64,000 nt of DNA from assembly GCA_905178155.1 (NCBI GenBank), contig CAJINV010000001.1, positions 10,011,432 through 10,075,431 on the forward strand, read 5' to 3'. The notes under the pieces are model-generated. The model ran no database searches, had not been told where the DNA came from, and saw nothing but the letters and a program-made list of their open reading frames with translations. Shown here in pieces: positions 59,701 through 64,000 of the stretch (its first letter is position 1; each line of letters opens with the position of its first letter). The DNA comes from Amoebophrya sp. A120. Taxonomy: Eukaryota > Protista > Dinoflagellata. The position numbers were made by a program, and so were the translations under genes.

Positions 59701-62700
59701 TCAAAGCGATCTACGAGGAGGCTCGACCAGAACAACAGTCGTGGAAGTATTAGGTGAAGATGCAGATGAAGTTTCAGAGGAAGAAACGGACCCGACTGTG
59801 GCAGCACTGGAGGGGAAAGTGGCGCGCGAGGAGGCAAAGGAGCGCGATCCGAGGCAAGATTTGATTCGCATTCCCAGTCCGCTTCTCCGCCTCCAGGTTT
59901 GGCGACGTGGGCTCTTTGTCCGGGAGTTGCGCATTCCGGCCGCGTATCTGTCACCTGTGTTGCTTGATTCGACCACAGATGACGCCGGTGCTGGGACAAC
60001 CGGGCACGAGCTTGAGGCCACCTCGCAGGCGGGCGCGCTCGCAGAGCAGGTACGTAGCTCCAGGGATTCCGCCGCAATTCACGCAGTGATCACGCATGCT
60101 GCAGAGGGAAGCATCCACCCAAGAAACGCACGTTCATCACTGCAGCCGGGCGAGATTGTGATGTTGCACAGCCATACGGGGCTGTGGCCTAATCAGGAAG
60201 CGCATCTGGCTGCTGCCGCAAAAGAGATAAAGTCGGGGATGTGCGATCTGCGATTTGTCGAGTCGGTGAGCAAGCACGCGGCCCTCGTTGCGCTTATCGG
60301 TGCACACAAAGAAAAAGACAAGTATTCGGTTGTCAAATGCGTTCCCGTTCCGAAGGACGCAATCGCCCCGGTGCTGGAGCAGTTTGATCTGTTCTACCAC
60401 AGCAACACCGTTCCCGCGATGCAAAACGAACTCGTGCACGTGGAGACCCTGGGGGCGCCGAGATTGGATTTTGCGGGCAAGGCAATTCTGGGTGGAGGCT
60501 TGGAGGACGTTGGTGAGCGGTCCCACCGGGTTTTGCTTCCGGGCGACGAGGTCCTCGTCCGGCCGGGCTTTGCGCTGGCAGATCGCCTGCAAGCGCGGAT
60601 CCAGGACGGCAGCAGCTGCGTTGTGGCCCACATTGCTTCCGGCGGTCACTGGTACCTTTTGAACACGACGCTCGCGCCAGTGTCTGTCGCGGTAGACCGA
60701 GGGTCGGCGTTGACCACTGGTTTCGAGCCAAAAGACGGAGAAGGAGAACTCAATAGCGCGAATGAAGAAGAGAAAAAGTCGAATGCTTCTAGCACATTGT
60801 TCCCGTCAACCGCGTCTGAGAGTGAACAGGAGACGACCGTGGACCGCGCGCTCGAGGAGCAGAGTTTTTTCTGGCTCCCCGCCCGCCACGTCGTCGTTCC
60901 CGCCACGCCGTTTCGTCTGGAGGGCGGCATTGGCAAGCGCGTTGGGGTGCACGACGTCTGTGTCCCGGATGCCTGGACGAGTGCGGTGCGGCGAGTGCAG
61001 ACCGCTTCGTCCGCAACGCTGCTTGAAGTCGGCCCGGCCTTGGCCCAAATCGGCGTTTTATCCAGAAGCAGTGTCTATGAGGTGGTCAGTTTACCTACAG
61101 TGTTCGTGGTTCTGGAGGAAGACCTAGTGATGCAAGTTGCCTTACCGGAGAGCGCGGAGGAAGAGTCGGAATTCGCTGCTCTGCAAAAACTGCTGGCGGC
61201 GTTCCCACACGGTCAGCGCGTTTACTTGAAGACTCCCTTGATCGGCCGGGGGTGCGCGTCTTACACCGCACTCATGGAGGCACTCGCTGCGAAGAACGAG
61301 AGCACCGCCAAGCACGAGTTGAAGATAGGAACCGTGTCTGACCATCGCGTCGGCGTCACGATTGCCGGACAACATCTTCACAACAAGAAGGAGTTTTTAC
61401 TCCCAGTATCCTGCCTGCACCTCCCACGCCCGTTGCACGCTCGACACGACGTGCAATTCGAGAAGAAGCAGCGTGTCAGCGTCAAAGATGTGGCTGGGCT
61501 GGAGGGTGACACAGAGTATGTGAAGGTGCGCGATTTCGTCAGAGAAGTTCCCCGGGCAAGAGTCGTTGTCCACAGCGAAGACACGCGTAAGGGACATGCA
61601 CAAGTGATGCTTCTTGACGTAGATGGGCTTCCCTTGGATCGGGCGACCATCCGGTCCGATCTGCTAGAGGATTTCCATAAGGGAATGAACGAGGGGACTC
61701 TGGCGTCGGCGCCAAACCTCAGAAAGATTGTAGGAGCTACGGGAACTGCGCCAGCAAGTGCTAGTCGGAAAAGCAAGAGAAAAACGAAAGCTGCAGACGA
61801 AAACCAAGATAGTGGCAAGAAGGTCCCGTGCTCGATCCGACCAATCGTTGTCTACGAAGGATACCGATCCGTGATTGATCGGCTGCGTGCGCTCGAAGCA
61901 AGGGGCGATGAGCTCCTCATGCCGGAGCGGGAAGTGAAAAAGAAGGCGGATCGTGTCATCGTTTTGGTGCATCGGGAAGCGCCGCCGGCGGATGAGAGCG
62001 ACACCAGCGCGTTGCTTGCAAATCCATTAGTGTGCACAGAAGTTGTCCCTCGTGACTGCCTGCTGCCGCATGTGGAGACTGCACTCGTAGAGGAACGAAA
62101 ACCGGCCGCGCACTCCTTTTTCCTACCTGACACCGAGGTGTTTCTTCTTGGGCGCGCGCCGGAACTCGATCCCGCGTGCCAGAAACTGTTTGACTTGTAC
62201 TATGCACCGGGGAGCGATCCGTCGACGAAGGTAAAGCTTCTCGTGCGAGCACAGCAGGGGGCGAGTGTTTGCGTAGAGCCGGTGCTTGCGCGGCTGACAA
62301 AAGGTGCGCTTTTCCAAGGAGAATCAGAACGCGAAAGACCGTTCGTGCTGCCGGCCGAGCTGTTGACCCAAGCGCAACCTATTTTTGACTCGGTGGCTGC
62401 AGTAGCTGGAGAAGACGACGAGCACGAGAGGTACTTTGCCCCACTGACGGAGGTGCTATTGCGAGACGTGCAAGTGAGTGCAAAGGAATACCCGAGCGTA
62501 CAGCTTATCAGGCAGCACGTGGAGGAGCGCGGTGCGATTTTGGTCATCGCACAGTACCTGCACAGGGACGACTTCGTTACTGATGAAATGATAGCACCCG
62601 ACTTCTCGGTTGCGGACGGTTGCGCTCGCATTGACGTTGCGGTGATGCTGCCCGAGGTCTGGGAAGGGGCGCAGCACGCGGCGAAGCAAGAGAATTTACA

Positions 62701-64000
62701 GGCTGCTGCTCTTGACGAGTACTACAGCCAGTTTTTCCAAAGCTCTTCCGAAGTCGCCATGATCTCTGCGCTACCTTCGGTGTTTCTTGTGCCCCGCCAG
62801 CACTTCCATTTCCACCCCGATGCGGCAGGCGCGAACTCGTTGCCTGTTGCTGGGGAAATAGTGCGGATCAGGTCCGTCGTGTTCCCCTGGGCCAGTATGA
62901 CGGAGGCTCACTACGAGCTGGTGTCGAGTCTTCGCGATTTCAGCACTGAGAAGCTGTTGCTCCACAGTGTGGACACGAAGCTGGAGGAGGCGACGGTCTG
63001 GGTGCTTGACGCACAGGTCCCCGACCAGCACCCGGTGACCACGGTGAATCTTCCATTGTCTGCGCTTGAACCTGTGATCACCGTGGAAAATGTTGCGGCC
63101 TATTCGTACCGGGAGAGCCAGTTGCAGCAGTGCCTGCAGTACCAGGCGTTCTTGGCCGAACGGGTAGATCAGACACAGGAATCACCAACGGTGATGCAAA
63201 GCACCGCTCCCGCTGCTGCTGCACCACCGCAGCCAGCTGGCCACTACAGCAGAAGGGTCACGCAAAACAGCGCGCGAAGCCGAAAGCGCAGCAGTGTTGC
63301 CCGAGGCAGCATTGTGAATGGAACGTTGAACTTAGATCCGAATCGCCTTTTGCCTGTGATCGAAGAGGAGCTTTCGGGCAGCATACTGCAGGCGATCGCA
63401 CCCGAGGACAAACGCTTGCGACCGCTGACTCTGGAACGAAAAACGTTTTCGCCGTTGTCTCGCTACTACGTTGCACCGGGGGATACTGTTCTGCTAACCA
63501 AGCAAGACACGAAAAACACGCAAGCGGAACCTTTGTTGCAGAAAGTGCGGCAAATGAGCGTGAACCCGAACAACCGAACGAGGGTCCTATCGTACAAGCC
63601 CGATTTGGCGGAAATTGCCGTCTCCCGCACGGGGATCAGGAGAGCGAGCGTTTTAGACCACCAACACGCTGGATTTCAGCAGCAAACCTTCCACGTGCCG
63701 GCGGTGGCCCTCGTTCCGCACATTGATCCGGATGTCAAGAAGTGCAGAATTGGTGACTACGTCCATCTTCGTGACGTCTTTCTCGGGGCAGACGAACATG
63801 TCACTGTTGCCGAACAATTTGTGCAAGATGAAGCGGCTGCGCAGAAAAATACAGAGACGCCACACCGCCACTTGATCCGCTTGTGCCAGGATGTAGAGGA
63901 GAAAGACCCCTTGGAGAAACCGACGCTTGCGTGTGAACTTGTCGTTGCAGGGATCCACGGCGGTGTTGAATACAAAACAGTCCAGACAACCGTCCATCTG
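50783..64000 (+). CDS. Giant intronless ORF (>4400 aa, 3' end beyond the window); disordered/helical N-terminal half, tandem SH3/KOW-like repeats in the C-terminal half
   Basis: Frame +2 has a stop at 50762-50764 and ATG at 50783 (MSTTRGRPPG...). It was open in every segment I translated, through ...GVEYKTVQTTVHL at 64000. The ORF track lists no terminated frame +2 ORF in this span, consistent with no internal stop. Confidence 0.88.
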   Translation, partial: MSTTRGRPPGAGASQRLPYKQPLNANGLISAYHVEEDDEQPTIDEAVSGFAGRASFGAALINLEDKQAPAAPKKRATNAKPRKSSAGGGRRKSRVDVAELEAAPATEEEVVDAAVTVAERFKRISQEKAILDDEIAPSASLGHFDAKLFGKLEDIMAVGTQGSRVSVAAKKARLRESSENKSVDVALPGAGGSSVEEEKRKSSKAQRNIVPRKEEELKKDVGNLLRRTARKSAAQAQTRKSGASSSGSSPEKVPRALDEHQKRPTGNKQGSGTAPRSALAGKKDVAGSSTSPPPIKPARSSVGESLDMRATTKMARRIREVEEQLPQLLLDWRDTWRAREAAQASGREATVEEKTFELSILQRMLSDIQHTLAEAKNATVTLFNAEPLLQRIRKLDGKLVEYRRDELSYLAARAADEEEKEEMERRKSNEAQQAPVDEGVGAQEEAKPPETTGPKIPPESETEARPSRVNLRNLMGRTSGRGHRLSGRRKSRSPTDDTKTGAPAGGQEENANQKATSKRESSRISVEMRKLPSSTYSTRLRSTYVGSDRNKTAENALGLRATKQAEAVAGPQPASGEARSSSVMSVPMRQASVLERNFHSTYATSASVRFPSSYEPGLRETAASTAGSTSMSIEQRYPSDYTDPGYRPTSTMSSTMPSMREVPKSSVSEFRAMPTVHEEDATVFLPPDLSPRDALGNAREVLTQLTNEQNMANVLTSRGSSATTGTSAPRPSEASLQEAFVGLYKELRDDETRRIFQELKKAMQDREDTLLHMSSAEEARFASFVTASLDTLWESSSQAVTVRSSLEVIRTFALRQPLPAVPLRTEAAPLGFRDDFDAKNPDPATQGAPPSLQVLLDRFHAATRNLGKVGSTRDDEDKRGFAPSARNRLGVVAATRQSFSRLHRMWASAVQRSFGFFVRAFNCRLEGDDGGFLICTVPPSTKTAASDEKHPPSSQLLADKRDREQRVAEMRLLRAVNEVKGTLVPNFPLTENVLDALGSPHDPAAQESHLPSLRIRAATASLNRMLLLGLDSEKQLNVLDAIQAMQKVAEDSLPLLENKAEAVDAAQLLRNYLAFAEMCPLENPLLQLQYLTETRFRTLLESQLLLGTTEVEACKKFTKVPVFEKGENFQFVVEVLKQNSTGIQPTALGKPRKRDTRRGGEDSSTGIGVFSILEHEDQASDSGGAKRSSLSKFLPDDMDDLKKRRLEEDSETESEADELKADRDIDGHVLAKRIDDDFADLLDLNGQRLEGQKFAAHIMDRTGQARAELLHRLSPHLHKKREGSSGHQNVGRSYENNSSKPELLATYDDVDDILAVLLRCKEESQLFVRLKKIVHAKLDKVVEALAKKSSQGVKLDLLLVEVIHGLNFAAEYLHAVGSALSEDLAKVIAVLPLDLREYVEGAQRSADLFSFLDEYELQAPENANSLCLVLTRKLRAESGPLSPSASGGATSSVTGSKTSFIKDSTDGSPVDEVASRGGDGQVVGPSGAPALATAADNLLFYPDRSLLFREDERIERQLEEMAKRTLLTHAQVQDLARIARETKPFRAFPAGKSRPLWEDPAVLATVAGENLQKKMRMTFNSTNLFDVVDAADEARSLLPLSGVERENQELQETQAALEAELADLETEHQDFLSSVMSTRSRRSRRELKAMSPMLSSPGQASEQQADADGTTQPASDQKKRRRSSLIAYIDGVGPKISRDADADLFSDEDTTLRDRVAAKLRKPGRESYYAALVREADEDGKHPAKSDKKFVAFLQRARPYLEERLEELAEEGAEIQDEMQDRAARLLRGLGKVKAERGRRSLEDDSEDAQAQLDLGLLFPDMYINEVDKNGRISPKLVRPPRTPTEKFRSLYQRLALVENVRSGRYYYRVAHLGAKRSLSDDAHYTRKKLFSELWQEAVQRMGRVRMKRFMTAGGSVYGPDAQMEHLYQDAVAWDVLGSREVLSKIKHDYVIKEDAKLLRLRSGRFGKNQPFLVKDVAESTATSPGEEGAEISNMSDDIELGGIYPDPFLAGDIVLLKRDLLHETDYERSSATESKRDTRTTTLAGTRSGDPYERLIDQILSSYPRHRPRLRVRDGIVSKRKLIRVDCVDSMTGGVLGEYRLDVSSIVHAQPEKELGMKGRIVYDVKMESPSSVAGPDVVSGSKVGRVSAAERRQSKASASSPSSGGDIQYLVPAEAERDMEELTTAGSSNLKSVASSRKSAVAKRKSLKSTESRATTTNMRTTRRSRTQTQQLAFAPQQRASATLPPGRERDGARRAASAADAATDSLQARRLRKSNKAKTTPLFFPEPVDDMDLPLRKSSMGSTSIDDSAEDFLQYDVKPLPGREVQVPRVLLRDVVVDSHDPRFDDFRMLRQLVQAGYQLGVRGTTSHTKRMKTGALGEDEAAFAEAFEMLKRGSSAWEDMDYLFTENLARHSLPGEHEKDRKSDHLLGGGGNGVDEDLFVSVWPVKRLLGNEGTFFSTSDFVAASTQDVARVLGKPGVRDFVVHRDFVVPEVYGPAFHATAQRDLLRVVPRDVVVATSFDKNMRVLRDLHKHPRSCILLVHVAGKDEMLDLEDDQADGLPSKRKKTEQIDMTRLSVSHFQEYENLGRAMATKAQENEVIEAERSQSSSGSEAEMKRESESLTYRLIPQAVVALFAEDEGGKMSMQGKPVMVPCNYLQPQSKYNRFDELSRTRVLAEGAVQERYDEELHEEYLPDLVLLKASAFMDNEQQLIEALTPQLQTLLALAAEGYVFRVLSYDPPAEAEAEDAEDETEDLGLLATVGVYTEDVLGSADAAGLSYVVPQEALAHLSPVFAVDRPCVAGDRVQLRQYEIGQSLGAGSEAAASRASSERATSETTVWDDFAAAEIVETKMYRGEICYCKDVYSADWIGGGTRAVLSFSGDAGGRTSRNSSNDEVELPRSWLEPLEKVDERRLLDKSTAVQLRDVLHGRRYRHRIKYLRKQLELGAALYAVPVGIDADVDLVPTGTTTNQSDLRGGSTRTTVVEVLGEDADEVSEEETDPTVAALEGKVAREEAKERDPRQDLIRIPSPLLRLQVWRRGLFVRELRIPAAYLSPVLLDSTTDDAGAGTTGHELEATSQAGALAEQVRSSRDSAAIHAVITHAAEGSIHPRNARSSLQPGEIVMLHSHTGLWPNQEAHLAAAAKEIKSGMCDLRFVESVSKHAALVALIGAHKEKDKYSVVKCVPVPKDAIAPVLEQFDLFYHSNTVPAMQNELVHVETLGAPRLDFAGKAILGGGLEDVGERSHRVLLPGDEVLVRPGFALADRLQARIQDGSSCVVAHIASGGHWYLLNTTLAPVSVAVDRGSALTTGFEPKDGEGELNSANEEEKKSNASSTLFPSTASESEQETTVDRALEEQSFFWLPARHVVVPATPFRLEGGIGKRVGVHDVCVPDAWTSAVRRVQTASSATLLEVGPALAQIGVLSRSSVYEVVSLPTVFVVLEEDLVMQVALPESAEEESEFAALQKLLAAFPHGQRVYLKTPLIGRGCASYTALMEALAAKNESTAKHELKIGTVSDHRVGVTIAGQHLHNKKEFLLPVSCLHLPRPLHARHDVQFEKKQRVSVKDVAGLEGDTEYVKVRDFVREVPRARVVVHSEDTRKGHAQVMLLDVDGLPLDRATIRSDLLEDFHKGMNEGTLASAPNLRKIVGATGTAPASASRKSKRKTKAADENQDSGKKVPCSIRPIVVYEGYRSVIDRLRALEARGDELLMPEREVKKKADRVIVLVHREAPPADESDTSALLANPLVCTEVVPRDCLLPHVETALVEERKPAAHSFFLPDTEVFLLGRAPELDPACQKLFDLYYAPGSDPSTKVKLLVRAQQGASVCVEPVLARLTKGALFQGESERERPFVLPAELLTQAQPIFDSVAAVAGEDDEHERYFAPLTEVLLRDVQVSAKEYPSVQLIRQHVEERGAILVIAQYLHRDDFVTDEMIAPDFSVADGCARIDVAVMLPEVWEGAQHAAKQENLQAAALDEYYSQFFQSSSEVAMISALPSVFLVPRQHFHFHPDAAGANSLPVAGEIVRIRSVVFPWASMTEAHYELVSSLRDFSTEKLLLHSVDTKLEEATVWVLDAQVPDQHPVTTVNLPLSALEPVITVENVAAYSYRESQLQQCLQYQAFLAERVDQTQESPTVMQSTAPAAAAPPQPAGHYSRRVTQNSARSRKRSSVARGSIVNGTLNLDPNRLLPVIEEELSGSILQAIAPEDKRLRPLTLERKTFSPLSRYYVAPGDTVLLTKQDTKNTQAEPLLQKVRQMSVNPNNRTRVLSYKPDLAEIAVSRTGIRRASVLDHQHAGFQQQTFHVPAVALVPHIDPDVKKCRIGDYVHLRDVFLGADEHVTVAEQFVQDEAAAQKNTETPHRHLIRLCQDVEEKDPLEKPTLACELVVAGIHGGVEYKTVQTTVHL

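Noticed and set aside
1-64000. Dinoflagellate spliced-leader relics, tRNA, rRNA, transposase or RT genes
   Set aside because: No CCGTAGCCATTTTGGCTCAAG-like match, cloverleaf or mobile-element motif was spotted by eye; this is not an exhaustive search.

Overview
Gene-dense eukaryotic nuclear DNA, not prokaryotic. About 18 protein-coding genes were assembled by hand. All lie on the + strand, with short AT-richer spacers and few, short (~110-200 nt) GT-AG introns that mostly have an AG|G acceptor. This organisation and the gene content suggest a myzozoan, most likely a syndinean/Amoebophrya-like dinoflagellate (inference). Recognisable genes: a voltage-gated K+ channel with EF-hand and C2 elements, a SWEET transporter, an LSMT-type SET protein with a C-terminal TM helix, two secreted 'FLQ' proteins, a Siz/PIAS SP-RING ligase, a papain-family protease, a TPR protein, a GT77-like glycosyltransferase, a ciliary inner-protein-like gene, a Dpy-30-motif protein, an opine dehydrogenase, an OCRE-like/CCCH/ZZ-like protein and an acyltransferase-3. 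The last 13.2 kb is one open frame (50783 to beyond 64000, >4400 aa) missing from the ORF track. Its distal half appears to contain a dozen or more degenerate tandem SH3/KOW-like barrels and is the most unusual item. Exon boundaries are manual predictions and no database search was run.
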